Shown here: positions 47,778 through 57,896 of the stretch, one piece after another
Layout: each line of letters opens with the position of its first letter
Numbering within the stretch: the first letter of the stretch is position 1
Assembly: GCA_031414955.1 (NCBI GenBank)
Contig: JANOQV010000305.1
Span: 15,885-79,884, forward strand
DNA from: Pedosphaera sp.
GTDB lineage: Bacteria; Verrucomicrobiota; Verrucomicrobiia; Limisphaerales; SIBH01
DNA: 64,000 nucleotides
Reading direction: 5' to 3'
Position numbers and translations under genes: made by a program
The notes under the pieces: model-generated
Told to the model about the DNA's origin: nothing
Databases searched by the model: none
Seen by the model: only the letters and a program-made list of their open reading frames with translations

Positions 47778-50366
47778 CTAATGCCTCCGAAACACCAACT
47801 GATGATCGAGGCGTTTGGTCTGGCTGTATTCGAGCGGTGGCAGGTTGGTGTTCGTGGGCGAGGCGGTTTCGTTCAAAATTGATTTGGCCATCACTTGCAT
47901 GTTCGTCCAGCGCACCCAGTCCAGCGCCGGGGAATGCGCGATGCGCCGCAGGGTGCTCCGCCATTCGATGATGATGCGGTCGATGTCGCCCGGTCCGAGC
48001 GCTTCGGTGATCCAGCGGGATTTGGTGAGCGGATCATGGTGGACGCTTCGCACCACTTCGTGAGCACCCCAGCCGTAGCCGGGCGGCACTCCGTTCTCCA
48101 AGTAACCGGGGATGGATTGCACGCCGTAGGCGCGCTGACAGTTCATCGCCAGGCGTCCACCCCAGCGGTTCTCGTCGCGCGCGAAGCGGAACCCGGCGTC
48201 GAGGTTGGCCAGGTCATAAACGAGTTCGTCGAGATGATAGCTCTCGTCCTCCAGCGCGGCGGCCACGGCGAGTCCGTCTCCCTGCGAGAAAAAGCTCATC
48301 ACGCGCCCGCGCCGGGTGGGGATGCCGGTGGCTTCGACGAGCCCGAGGCGGCGCCAAAGCATGGCCACACCGGTGCTGGTGGGGAGCGAGCGGCAGACGT
48401 TTCTGAGGGTGCAGGTGGCGCAATCGTGGGGTGCAACTTCGCGCTCAATGGGTTGCCAGAGCGCAACGTCGTGAGCATCGACGGGCACCCGCACGGTGAG
48501 TTCGGCGAGACTGAGCACGGCGGCGATCTTCGTGTCGCCTTCCTCGAAGCGAAGCACGGGCGTGTGCTTGGCGGTGAGGCGGGACTGGAGGAGTGGAGCA
48601 ATTCTTTCGCGCCATTGGACGAGGGTGGCCTCGCGGCCGTGCCAGTTGGTGAGGCGTCGAACCCACTTGACGAGATGCACGCGGTCGTGGCCCGCGCGCT
48701 CGGCCACGGTGGTGGAGCGCCCGTAGATTTTTTCCCCGCCTTCTTCGCTGAAGATGCAGAGGACGCCCTGACCGATCTTCTCCAATCCTTCCGGGGAGGA
48801 GAGCAGGGGACGGAGGACAATGGCCGGGAAGGGCTTGACCACCGCGTCCGCTTCTGACCTTGGACCTTGGACCTTGGACTTTGGACCTTCGCCCGGCGAG
48901 CTGAACTTGAGCAGATTCAAGACACTCTCCGGTATCGGCCCCATCACGCGGACCTCGCGCACCGCTTTCTCCACCGGCGTGGGGGTGACTTCCCATTCGC
49001 CGCGGCTGTTGAGCATCTGGCGCACGCGTTTGCGGACGTGGCGGGCGCGCTCGGCGTCGGTCTTCAAGCCGCAAGGCACGACGGGATTTCGCATCGACTC
49101 TTCGACTCCGAGCAGAATGGGCTTGGTGGTGAAGAGGCGTTCCTGAACGCGTACCGCTTCGCTGAAGGGATCACGGCCTTGCGCGGCGGCGGCGGTCATG
49201 AGGCCGAGGAGCGCGTTCCAATCGACCAGACCGCTGCGCGCGAGGTGGGCGGCATGGGCATCGTGGATGCGCAGTTCGTTCTGGTTCACGAGCACGTAGC
49301 CGATTTCATCGATGCCACGGCGTCCGGCGCGGCCGTACATCTGCAGAATCTCATCCGAGCGCAGCGCCTGTTCGGCGTGATCGCGGCGGTAGGAATCGGC
49401 GGCGAGGGTGACACTGCGCAGGGAGAAGTTGATGCCGGCGGCGAGGCCCATCGTCGCGACCACGACGCGGAGCTGTCCGGCCTTGGCCAGCGGCTCGATG
49501 ACGCCGGCGCGCGCGGCGTAGCTCAGTCCACTGTGATGATAGGCAACGCGGGAGCGAAGCAGCTTGGCCAGGTGTTCGCCGACGATCTGCTTCTGCTCCA
49601 GCGTGAGCTGGAGCGGATGGGGGTTGGGGAGAAATCGAGCGAGTTCCGCCGCGAGGCTTTCCGTGGCGGCGCGGCGCGGGGCAAAGATGAGAACGGGACC
49701 GAGATTCTCGGCCAGCGCCTTGGCGCAGAAGCGCGGCCAATAACCGCGCACCTCCGAGGGAACGTGGTAGCTGAGAGTGTGGGCATGAACTTCTTCCAGC
49801 GGCACGGGCCGATGATCGGTACGCACCAGTTCCGCCTTGCGTCCGAGGCGGCGCAGCCATTGCACCACGTCCTGTGGGTTGCCCACGCTGCCACTGAGCA
49901 GGAGCAGTTGCGTCTGCGGCGGGGCCAGCGCGATGGCTAGCTCGTAGTTCAAGCCCCGATCCGCATCGCTGATCATTTGATATTCGTCGATGACGAGCAG
50001 GGCGGGACCGTCCCCGGCGATAAGGCGGTTCTTCTGGGTCTCGAGCGTGGCGACAAGAATGGGGGCGGTGAGATTCTCCGCGAGGTCGCCGGTGGCGATG
50101 CCGACATTCCAGCCGCGCGCGCGCCACTCGGCGAGCTTGTCATTGGCCAGCGCGCGGGTCGGGACGGTGTAGATGGCCTGGCTGCGATTCTTCCCGGAGT
50201 GCGACCACAGCTCGAAGATGAGAGTCTTGCCCGCGCCGGTCGGAGCGTGAACGACGACATCCTGGCCCTCGCGCAAAAAAGTGACGGCCTGCTGCTGCCA
50301 GAGATCAGGGACTGTGACCTGGTTGAAACCCGGGTTGTGCTCGAACTGATCGGGCGTGGGCTGCAC
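47778..50366 (-). CDS. DEAD/DEAH-box (Ski2/HelY-like) helicase
   Basis: APTGAGKT, PTRALANDK, DEYQ, LSGS, HHSGL and QMYGRAGRRG motifs. Confidence 0.9.
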   Translation of the reverse strand: MQPTPDQFEHNPGFNQVTVPDLWQQQAVTFLREGQDVVVHAPTGAGKTLIFELWSHSGKNRSQAIYTVPTRALANDKLAEWRARGWNVGIATGDLAENLTAPILVATLETQKNRLIAGDGPALLVIDEYQMISDADRGLNYELAIALAPPQTQLLLLSGSVGNPQDVVQWLRRLGRKAELVRTDHRPVPLEEVHAHTLSYHVPSEVRGYWPRFCAKALAENLGPVLIFAPRRAATESLAAELARFLPNPHPLQLTLEQKQIVGEHLAKLLRSRVAYHHSGLSYAARAGVIEPLAKAGQLRVVVATMGLAAGINFSLRSVTLAADSYRRDHAEQALRSDEILQMYGRAGRRGIDEIGYVLVNQNELRIHDAHAAHLARSGLVDWNALLGLMTAAAAQGRDPFSEAVRVQERLFTTKPILLGVEESMRNPVVPCGLKTDAERARHVRKRVRQMLNSRGEWEVTPTPVEKAVREVRVMGPIPESVLNLLKFSSPGEGPKSKVQGPRSEADAVVKPFPAIVLRPLLSSPEGLEKIGQGVLCIFSEEGGEKIYGRSTTVAERAGHDRVHLVKWVRRLTNWHGREATLVQWRERIAPLLQSRLTAKHTPVLRFEEGDTKIAAVLSLAELTVRVPVDAHDVALWQPIEREVAPHDCATCTLRNVCRSLPTSTGVAMLWRRLGLVEATGIPTRRGRVMSFFSQGDGLAVAAALEDESYHLDELVYDLANLDAGFRFARDENRWGGRLAMNCQRAYGVQSIPGYLENGVPPGYGWGAHEVVRSVHHDPLTKSRWITEALGPGDIDRIIIEWRSTLRRIAHSPALDWVRWTNMQVMAKSILNETASPTNTNLPPLEYSQTKRLDHQLVFRRH
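48856..48890. repeat. In-frame heptamer array
   Basis: (gaccttg)x3-gactttg-gaccttc, encoding EGPKSKVQGPRS. Confidence 0.85.
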
Positions 50367-50369
50367 GAG

Positions 50370-51272
50370 CTAACCGCCGGTTTGCGCCGGGGCCAGTTTG
50401 AGATTCTTCACCACCTCGGTGGTCGAATGCGCCTTGTTCAGGGTGTAGAAGTGCAAACCCTCGACGCCCTCGCGCAACAGTTCCTCACACTGCTTGGTCG
50501 CGTAGTCGATGCCGTAGGCCGTGACACCCGCATCGTCGTCGCCGTAATCTTCCAACTTCGCCAACATGGGCGCGGGAATCCTGGCCCCGCACAGGGTGGT
50601 GAATTTCTTGATCTGCGAGGCGGACAGGATGGGCAGGAGACCGGGCACGAGCGGCACCTTTACGCCGGCCTTGGCCAGGAAATCGCGCAGGGCGAGGAAG
50701 TCGGCGTTGTCGAAGAAGAGCTGTGTGATGACGAAGTCCGCCCCGGCGTCGATCTTCTGCTTGAGCCGCTGCCAATCGACCAGCTTGCCGTCCCGGCACG
50801 CGATGTGCCCCTCGGGAAATCCGGCCGTGCCGATGGAGAAGCCACCGACTTCCTTGATGAACTCCACCAACTCGCGCGAGAACTCGAAGCCGCCGGCAAT
50901 TTTCTGAAACTCGCCCGTGCCGGGCGGCGGATCGCCGCGCAGGGCCAGGATGTTCTTGATGCCGCGGCGTCGCGCCTCGAGCAGCACCTCATGGAGTTGC
51001 TCCCTGGTTGAGTTCACACAGGTGAGATGCGACATGGCGGTGAGGCCGTGCCGGCGCTGGATGTTCTCGACGATGTCAAGCGTCTTGTCCCGCGTGCTGC
51101 CGCCGGCTCCGTAAGTCACGGAGCAGAAGTCGGGCTGGAGGGTCATGAGGGCTGGGATGGTTTTCTCCAGCAGGTTGCGGTCGCCTTCGTCGGTCTTGGG
51201 CGGAAAAAACTCGAAGGAAAGCACCGGAGCGCGGCCGCGCTTGGCATCGTGAATGTCGCGAATGAACTGCAT
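50370..51272 (-). CDS. metF: 5,10-methylenetetrahydrofolate reductase
   Basis: SFEFFPPK, SVTYGAGGS, HLTCV, LALRGDPP, ITQLFFD and HFYTLN motifs. Confidence 0.96.
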   Translation of the reverse strand: MQFIRDIHDAKRGRAPVLSFEFFPPKTDEGDRNLLEKTIPALMTLQPDFCSVTYGAGGSTRDKTLDIVENIQRRHGLTAMSHLTCVNSTREQLHEVLLEARRRGIKNILALRGDPPPGTGEFQKIAGGFEFSRELVEFIKEVGGFSIGTAGFPEGHIACRDGKLVDWQRLKQKIDAGADFVITQLFFDNADFLALRDFLAKAGVKVPLVPGLLPILSASQIKKFTTLCGARIPAPMLAKLEDYGDDDAGVTAYGIDYATKQCEELLREGVEGLHFYTLNKAHSTTEVVKNLKLAPAQTGG

Positions 51273-51359
51273 GTGCGGCAAAAGTGTGAGTGGAACACCG
51301 CGCCAGCGCAAGTCCTCACGGTGTTGACTTGGAAGTCGCGTTCTCTAACCTGCGCGCGA

Positions 51360-52316
51360 ATGAATGTCCGCGCACCCGCTGTCCGAGCCGCCCGTCGCGC
51401 GCGGGGCTTGGCCCTGCTCGCCTCGGCCTGGGTCTTTTCCCAAGTGGTGATGCCCGCCGCCTCCCTGGTGATGTTCGCCCCGATCTTCTCCCAGGTGACC
51501 AATGATCTGGCCACGGTGCAGAATTCCTTTGATGGATCGAACGCGCAAAAACAGCGTCTCGCCCTGCTCGCGGAGGCGAGAAGCGCGGCCTTGGAACCTG
51601 GACTGCGTGATGATCAGGCCCTGGCCCGGTTCGTCTTCGTGCTGAGTGGGTTGGCCGAGTATGCCGAGAATCTGGATCAGTCGGCGACCAATGCACGCAC
51701 GGAGGTGCTCGCGTCTTATGAGGCACTGGCCTTGCGGGTGGCCGACCTGCCGCCGGGATTGCGGTCGTCGGTTGCCCGGGGCCGGTTCCAGGCCCTCGCT
51801 GCGGATCGGACCGCGCTTTCCAGCGCCGTCCACGCCACCAACATCTCCACCCGGCTCACGTCTTTCGGCCCAAGGATGGCGCGGACTGGTCGACTCGTCA
51901 CCCGGGCGGCGGCGATGCGTCCCTCCTCCATTCCTATGAACGCCGTGCGGGCGACGCTGAACGGGAAACCTTTCGTCAGCACGGGCGATGGCTTGCACTC
52001 CCCTAACATTTTCTCGGTGAACGCGAGCACTTCCGCTTATCGCGGAGTGTTCTGCCGCGTGGTGGACCGTGCCAAGGTGCTGACTTTCACCCTGCCGGTG
52101 GTGACGAGTCTTACTCGCTATGAGGTGGCACAGGGGTTGGCGGCGGCCATGTTCGTGCCGGATATTTTTGCCACGAATGTCGTGACGCTGCACGCGACGG
52201 GTGGCACTTTCTCGGTGCAGCGGGATCGGGATGAGGTCTTTGGATTGTTTTCTTGTCAGGGGCCGGGGTTGAACATCAAGGACGGAAGGTTCAGGATCCG
52301 GCTGCGCGGAAATTGA
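51360..52316 (+). CDS. Hypothetical exported protein
   Basis: ATG 51360 followed by a basic then hydrophobic signal-like segment. No family recognised. Confidence 0.65.
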   Translation: MNVRAPAVRAARRARGLALLASAWVFSQVVMPAASLVMFAPIFSQVTNDLATVQNSFDGSNAQKQRLALLAEARSAALEPGLRDDQALARFVFVLSGLAEYAENLDQSATNARTEVLASYEALALRVADLPPGLRSSVARGRFQALAADRTALSSAVHATNISTRLTSFGPRMARTGRLVTRAAAMRPSSIPMNAVRATLNGKPFVSTGDGLHSPNIFSVNASTSAYRGVFCRVVDRAKVLTFTLPVVTSLTRYEVAQGLAAAMFVPDIFATNVVTLHATGGTFSVQRDRDEVFGLFSCQGPGLNIKDGRFRIRLRGN

Positions 52317-52641
52317 GGCAAAACGTGGATCGGTCAAGGCACGAGCGCCGGCTCCAGCAATATCCGCCTTGGTTTTTCGCTGCCTAATAGCGAGGCCGGA
52401 GCAGGCAACGGCGGGGCGAGCACGGCAGCGATGTGGTAGAAGTCTCGTCCCCTTCTGATCCGCCGCGGGCGACGGCGGCATTGCCTGCATCGCCCACGTC
52501 TCTCAAACCGAGACGCAGTTAAACGCGACGCTACTTTGCTCCCGACGCTCGGGGCGATGGGTCTTTGCGGGGCGCGCCTCCTCTCCAATCGTTTTACAAC
52601 CCAACCGCAACCCGATGTTTCCAACGGTGTTTGTCCACACC

Positions 52642-53337
52642 ATGAATCGTGAACTTGTCCGGGCTTTGACCTTTGTCGTTCTCTTCGAGGGCATCGCGCC
52701 CATCGCTTACGCCGATCTTGGGGAGAACCCTTACGTCAGCATCACGCGACGCAATCCCTTTGCGCTGCGACCTGCGGTTCTGGTCACACCGCTGAAGCTG
52801 GAAACGCCTCCGACGCCAGCTCCGCCTCTGGTCTGGCTCACCGGCATCACGGATTTGCCTGGCCCGCTCACGGCCACATTTCAATACGAAGATCGACAGA
52901 CCCGCAAAGTGCGTTACTCGGCACTCCTTCGGGAAGGGCAGGGCGATGGCACTGTCACCATCCTGCACATCGATCCGGTGAACTCTCTTGTCCGGGTGCA
53001 ATGCGGAGAGGCTGAGCTGACTTTGGATTTCGTTCGGAACGGGTTGAAACCCGTCGCCACGCTGATCGCCGCCGTCGCGCCGGTGCCGCCACCGTTTCGG
53101 ACTGCTCCGCAAGTGACTTCAGACAGGGTTGTAATTGGGAATCAGCCCGCGTGGAGACCTGTTCCTCCAGTGCCGTCGCCTCCGACCTTGAGCCGTGAGC
53201 AGGCCGAATTGATCATTGAAAAACGACGGGCGGAATTACGGGCTTTGGAAGCCTCCGATCGGTCGCAACCCGGCCGGGGTGGTTCAATCATTCTGCCGCC
53301 AACGCGGTTGAGCACGGGCGGCGGGGCGCGTCCTTGA
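52642..53337 (+). CDS. Hypothetical Pro-rich exported protein, GspC/PilP-like; paralog of the next gene
   Basis: ENPY..I..RNPF.L, LTGIT, I..IDP...V.....ELTLDF..NG.KP and LPPT motifs are shared with 53422-54294. Confidence 0.7.
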   Translation: MNRELVRALTFVVLFEGIAPIAYADLGENPYVSITRRNPFALRPAVLVTPLKLETPPTPAPPLVWLTGITDLPGPLTATFQYEDRQTRKVRYSALLREGQGDGTVTILHIDPVNSLVRVQCGEAELTLDFVRNGLKPVATLIAAVAPVPPPFRTAPQVTSDRVVIGNQPAWRPVPPVPSPPTLSREQAELIIEKRRAELRALEASDRSQPGRGGSIILPPTRLSTGGGARP

Positions 53338-53421
53338 GTTTCGCGATTGAGTCACGGACACGAGAGAAACGCTGCCGTGAGGAACTATAATTTGTCTGTG
53401 GTGTTTGAAGTGACCACGGCT

Positions 53422-54294
53422 ATGTTCACGACCATGAAACGCGGTACAATCACAGGACTGCTCGGCGCTTTGACCCTGGGGGGCTTCACCCTCGGCGCGT
53501 TCGCCGAAGTGAAAGAAAATCCCTATCAGGTGATCATCGATCGTAACCCATTTGGCTTGAAAGCGATTCCCATCCCGGAGCCGCCCAAGCCGCCGGAACC
53601 TCCGGTCATTCCTCCGCCGGATGTGAAGCTTACCGGCATCACGACGTTGGGTGCCGCGCCCAAGGTTTTTCTTCAAATCGAGGACAAGCAGACCAAGGGT
53701 AAGGCGGAATTCCCTCCTCCGCTTGCGGTCGGTGAGACCCATAAGGACATTACCGTCCTGATGATCGACCCGGAGAACAATGTGGTGCGGATTAAGAACG
53801 GCGAAGTGGAACTGACGCTCGACTTTGAGAAAAACGGAGTCAAGCCGGGTGCGGGAGCCGTGGCGGCGGTACCGAATCCGGGCCTGCCAGCGTTCAATCC
53901 CGGTGGCGTCCCTCCGGCGCCGGGGATGGTGGCCAATCCGCTTGCCAACAGCGGCCGTGGCATCTTGGCGGGAGGGACGGGCAACACCACCGCTACGGCC
54001 GTGCCCAATGCTCCGGCGGTAAATTACGCCCAGCCTAATTATGGTTCGCCGAACGTGCCCCCGCGGCCCATTCGGGAAAGCGGTCTTGGTATTACGGCGG
54101 GCGGCGGCAATCAGACCTACAATCCACAACCGACCGTGCCGACTGCGACACCGATCATGAGCCGGGAAGATGCGGAGGCGCGGTTGGAGTTGCAGCGCCG
54201 GGCGCTTGAGCAGCAAGGAAATTCCGGGGCACGGCTGCTGCCGCCCACGAGCTTGGGGCGTTCCCTCAATCTTCCGCCGGCCCCTGGTAAATAA
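53422..54294 (+). CDS. Hypothetical Pro-rich exported protein, GspC/PilP-like
   Basis: Signal/anchor segment, the same motifs as the upstream paralog, and a downstream terminator. Confidence 0.75.
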   Translation: MFTTMKRGTITGLLGALTLGGFTLGAFAEVKENPYQVIIDRNPFGLKAIPIPEPPKPPEPPVIPPPDVKLTGITTLGAAPKVFLQIEDKQTKGKAEFPPPLAVGETHKDITVLMIDPENNVVRIKNGEVELTLDFEKNGVKPGAGAVAAVPNPGLPAFNPGGVPPAPGMVANPLANSGRGILAGGTGNTTATAVPNAPAVNYAQPNYGSPNVPPRPIRESGLGITAGGGNQTYNPQPTVPTATPIMSREDAEARLELQRRALEQQGNSGARLLPPTSLGRSLNLPPAPGK

Positions 54295-54322
54295 CCAAAG
54301 CCGGGAGTCTGCTCTCTGATCA

Positions 54323-54356
54323 AAAAGTCCCGCGCGGCCAGCCGCGCGGGACTTTT
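54323..54356. terminator. Bidirectional intrinsic terminator
   Basis: aaaagtcccgcgcggc-ca-gccgcgcgggactttt between convergent genes. Confidence 0.85.
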
Positions 54357-54380
54357 GCTTTTAGAACGGACAACGCAGCT

Positions 54381-55283
54381 TCAACTCGCCAGCACTCTGT
54401 CCAACAGCGCCGAAAATTTCTTCAGCGACGCTTCATCCTTGGTCTGAGATCCGGGCATTTCGGTGATGGCCCAACCCGTGTAGCCGCACTTGTCCAGTTC
54501 GCTCATGATGGCCGCCCAGTGGTTGTCGCCCTCGAAGAACTTCACGCCGAAGCCCTTGCCCGGCGCCGTGCCGTATTCCTTCATGTGCAGCTTGAGGATG
54601 CGCTTGCCGAGCAGCGCGATCCAATCCTCCGCCGGGGCGAACTTGATCATGTTCCCAGTGTCAAAGTGCCAGCCGACCCACTTGCTATCGATGGCGTCGA
54701 GGTAATCCTTGGCCTGCTGCGGCTTCATGAGGAAGTTGTTCCAGACGTTCTCGATGGCGATTTTTACGCCCGTCTCCTCGCAGAGCGGCAAGGCCGCGCG
54801 GATGCCGGCGATGGAACGCTCCCAGCATTGCTCGTAGGTCACTTCCTTGTTGACCACGCCGGGCACGAGCAGCACCGAGGTCGCGCCGTAACGCTTGGCG
54901 TCGCGGATGGTGTGCTTGAGCGCCTCGATGCCCTCGGCGCGGACCTTTTCGTCCTGATGCGAGAGCGTCTTGCTCCAATGCTTGCTGCCGCAAACACTGG
55001 CCGCCTTCAACCCCGTCTCCTCGAAGGCTCGGGCCACCTCGTCATGGTTCATGTGGCTGGAAGCCTCCACCCCTTCAAAGCCGGCGGCCTTCAGCGCGCG
55101 GAATTTTTCCAGCACGGTGCCCTTCATGCCGAAAGTGTCCCACATGATGGCCTTCTGGTACCGGCGCTTGGCCTGGCCGCGCATGGAGGCGCAGCCCAGG
55201 CCGCCCAGCAGCGGAGCGCCCAACGCGGTTGCGGCCAGAAGAGTGGTGCTGCTTTGCAGGAACTGACGTCGTGATGTGTTCAT
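54381..55283 (-). CDS. Sugar phosphate isomerase/epimerase (TIM barrel), Tat-exported
   Basis: SRRQFL Tat motif, GFEGVE, IAIENVWN, FDTGN and LHMKEY. Confidence 0.88.
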   Translation of the reverse strand: MNTSRRQFLQSSTTLLAATALGAPLLGGLGCASMRGQAKRRYQKAIMWDTFGMKGTVLEKFRALKAAGFEGVEASSHMNHDEVARAFEETGLKAASVCGSKHWSKTLSHQDEKVRAEGIEALKHTIRDAKRYGATSVLLVPGVVNKEVTYEQCWERSIAGIRAALPLCEETGVKIAIENVWNNFLMKPQQAKDYLDAIDSKWVGWHFDTGNMIKFAPAEDWIALLGKRILKLHMKEYGTAPGKGFGVKFFEGDNHWAAIMSELDKCGYTGWAITEMPGSQTKDEASLKKFSALLDRVLAS

Positions 55284-55318
55284 GTTGTTGAGTTCACCAG
55301 GGAAAAGCGGGCGGTTTA

Positions 55319-56662
55319 TCAGATGAATTTTGTCTTGCCCGGAACGGGCATCGGCGTGATGGGCAGTTTCATATCCCAAGTGAGATTCTCCGGCACCAGT
55401 CGTTCTTTCGACTCCATGATCTGTTCCCAGGAAATCTCCTGCCCGGTGTAGGCGGCCATGCGGCCCATGATGGCCATGAGCGTGCTGTTGCACATGTGTT
55501 CGCCATCGTTGATCGGCTTGCCATCACGGATGGATTGAAAGAACACGGCGTGCTCGTTTTGGTACATTTTTCCGAACATCTGGCTTTCGGATTCCGGACC
55601 CTCGAAGCGCCAGGTTTTTTCGCCCGTCAACTCCGCGCCGCGTCGCCCGCCGAGCAGACCCGTGCCCTTGGCCCCGATGATGTAATCCTTGGTCTCGCTA
55701 TGGCAGCCGGGGATCTGGCGCTGGGCCATGAAGCCGCGCACACCGCTGGCCCACTCGAAATTCACCTCGATGTGATCGTAAATGTTGCCCTCGCGATTGG
55801 GAATCTGCCGCCCGCCCACCGCCGTGCATCGGACCGGCATCACGTCGTTCATCGCCCAGGCCATCTTGTCAATGCTGTGGCAGGCTTGCTCGACCAGGCC
55901 GTCGCCGGACAACCAGGAAAAATTATACCAGTTGCGCAACTGCCACTCGACGTCGCCCATGCCGGCCGGGCGCGTGTCCGCCGCCGGCATCGGCTTCACT
56001 GGACCAGCCAGGTAGGTGTGATAGAGCGCGCGGACCTCGCCGATTTCGCCCGCGTGGATGCGGCGGAAGAATTCCTTTCTCGAAGTGTTGGCCCGCCAGC
56101 AAAAGCCCGACTGGACCGCCAATCCTTTCTGCTTCGCCAACAAGGCGGTGGCGCGGACCGACTGCACGCCGGCCACATCCGAGGCCACGGGCTTTTCCAG
56201 GAAGGCATGTTTGCCAGCCTCGATCGCGGCTTTGAAGTGCAGCGGACGAAACCCGGGCGGGGTCGTCAACAGCACTACATCCACCCCGCTGGCGATGACT
56301 TTTTGATAGGCATCGATTCCGGAGAAGCGGCGATCAGCCGGCACTTGAATGCGTTCCTCCACATTGCCGCCGGCCTCCGAGATGACCTTTTGGATTTCCT
56401 TCAACCCGCCATCCATCTTCGGCGCGTAGATGTCGCCCATCGCGTGCAACACGGTGCCCGGGCTGGAGACCAGCGCATCGGAAGCCGCGCCGTTGCCGCG
56501 CCCGCCGCAGCCGATGAGGCCGATCTTGATCGTCTCGCCGGGCGAGCGGGCCGCCGAACGGCCAGTGATGACAAAGGGCGCGGCGACGAGACCGGCCGTG
56601 ACCGCGCTGGAGGCGCGAATGAATTCGCGCCGCGAAGTGAGAGAGGATGATTCCTGATTCAT
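55319..56662 (-). CDS. Gfo/Idh/MocA oxidoreductase, Tat-exported
   Basis: SRREFI, GLIGCGGRG, TPPGFRP.H, EKPVA and EQACHSID motifs. Confidence 0.9.
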   Translation of the reverse strand: MNQESSSLTSRREFIRASSAVTAGLVAAPFVITGRSAARSPGETIKIGLIGCGGRGNGAASDALVSSPGTVLHAMGDIYAPKMDGGLKEIQKVISEAGGNVEERIQVPADRRFSGIDAYQKVIASGVDVVLLTTPPGFRPLHFKAAIEAGKHAFLEKPVASDVAGVQSVRATALLAKQKGLAVQSGFCWRANTSRKEFFRRIHAGEIGEVRALYHTYLAGPVKPMPAADTRPAGMGDVEWQLRNWYNFSWLSGDGLVEQACHSIDKMAWAMNDVMPVRCTAVGGRQIPNREGNIYDHIEVNFEWASGVRGFMAQRQIPGCHSETKDYIIGAKGTGLLGGRRGAELTGEKTWRFEGPESESQMFGKMYQNEHAVFFQSIRDGKPINDGEHMCNSTLMAIMGRMAAYTGQEISWEQIMESKERLVPENLTWDMKLPITPMPVPGKTKFI

Positions 56663-56726
56663 GTGTTTTGTGACGTTGACGGTTACTGTTTCATCAAAAA
56701 ATTCCACGGACGGATAAGCTCCGGAC

Positions 56727-57896
56727 TCACTTGGTGGCGAACTTGAACACCGTGGTCGTGTTGTAAGTCGCGCCAGTTCGCAAGACCACCGATGGGAACT
56801 CCGGGTGATTGATCGCATCGGGAAAATGCTGCGTCTCCAGGCAGAAGCCGCCGTACTTTACGCAATGCACGCCGCCGTGGACGACTTCCTTGCCCAGTCC
56901 GATGCCGTTGTACAACTGGATACCGGGTTCGGTCGTGAGCACTTCAAGCACTCGGCCGCTTTTCGGTTCATGGGCCCGGGCGGCGAGGGCCAGCTTTCCG
57001 CCGCCACTGTTGAGCACGAAGTTGTGGTCGTAGCCGCCGGGCGCAGGCTTCGTCTTCAACGCCTCGAGGTCGCGCCGCATCGGCTTGGCCTTGTTGAAGT
57101 CCAGCGGGGTGCCAGCCACGGGGGTCAATTCACCGAGCGGGATGAGCGTCTCGTCCGTCTTGGTGTAACGGTTCGCGTCGATGAAAATCTCCGTGTCCAG
57201 CGTGTCGCCCGAGCCGGCCAGGTTGAAGTAGCTGTGGTTCGTCAGATTGATCGGCGTGGCCTTGTCGGTCTTGGCGCGGTACTCCATGCGCAGTTCGTTG
57301 TCGTCGGTCAAAGTATAGACCACGGTCACGTCGAGGTTGCCAGGATAGCCTTCCTCGCCGTCCTTGCTGACGTAATGAAATTCAATCGCCTGCTCGCTGG
57401 CCCCGGCGACGAGCGGCTTGGCTTCCCAAACCACTTTGTCGAAACCCTTCTTGCCGCCGTGCAGATGATTGGGCCCGTTGTTCACGGCCAGCGTGTATTC
57501 CTGGCCGTCGAGGGTGAATTTGCCCTTGGCGATGCGGTTGGCCACGCGCCCCGCGATGGCGCCGAAGAACGGATGGCCCTTCAGATACTGGTCGAGGCTG
57601 TCGAACCCGAGCGCGATGTGCCCCAGCTTGCCGGCCCGATCGGCAGTCTGAATGTCTGTGATGATGAGACCGTAGTTCGTCACCTTTACGATGGTGCCCT
57701 TGCGATTCGTGAGGGTGTAGAGCTTCACCGCCTGGCCATCCACCGTGCCCCAACTCTGTTCCTGCAATCGTGTCATTGTTTTGTCCTTTGATGGGTTGCT
57801 CGTCGCGCAACCCGTGCCCATCCACACCAGCGCGGCGAGCGCGAGGGGGCCGAGGTTGCGGGACGAAAAAATCTTTTTCGAGATCGATGTATTCAT
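56727..57896 (-). CDS. galM: Aldose 1-epimerase (mutarotase), probable lipoprotein
   Basis: GRVANRI, NHLHGG, EEGYPG, NLTNHSYFNL, GYDHNF and CLETQHFPD motifs; GTGC lipobox-like. Confidence 0.92.
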   Translation of the reverse strand: MNTSISKKIFSSRNLGPLALAALVWMGTGCATSNPSKDKTMTRLQEQSWGTVDGQAVKLYTLTNRKGTIVKVTNYGLIITDIQTADRAGKLGHIALGFDSLDQYLKGHPFFGAIAGRVANRIAKGKFTLDGQEYTLAVNNGPNHLHGGKKGFDKVVWEAKPLVAGASEQAIEFHYVSKDGEEGYPGNLDVTVVYTLTDDNELRMEYRAKTDKATPINLTNHSYFNLAGSGDTLDTEIFIDANRYTKTDETLIPLGELTPVAGTPLDFNKAKPMRRDLEALKTKPAPGGYDHNFVLNSGGGKLALAARAHEPKSGRVLEVLTTEPGIQLYNGIGLGKEVVHGGVHCVKYGGFCLETQHFPDAINHPEFPSVVLRTGATYNTTTVFKFATK

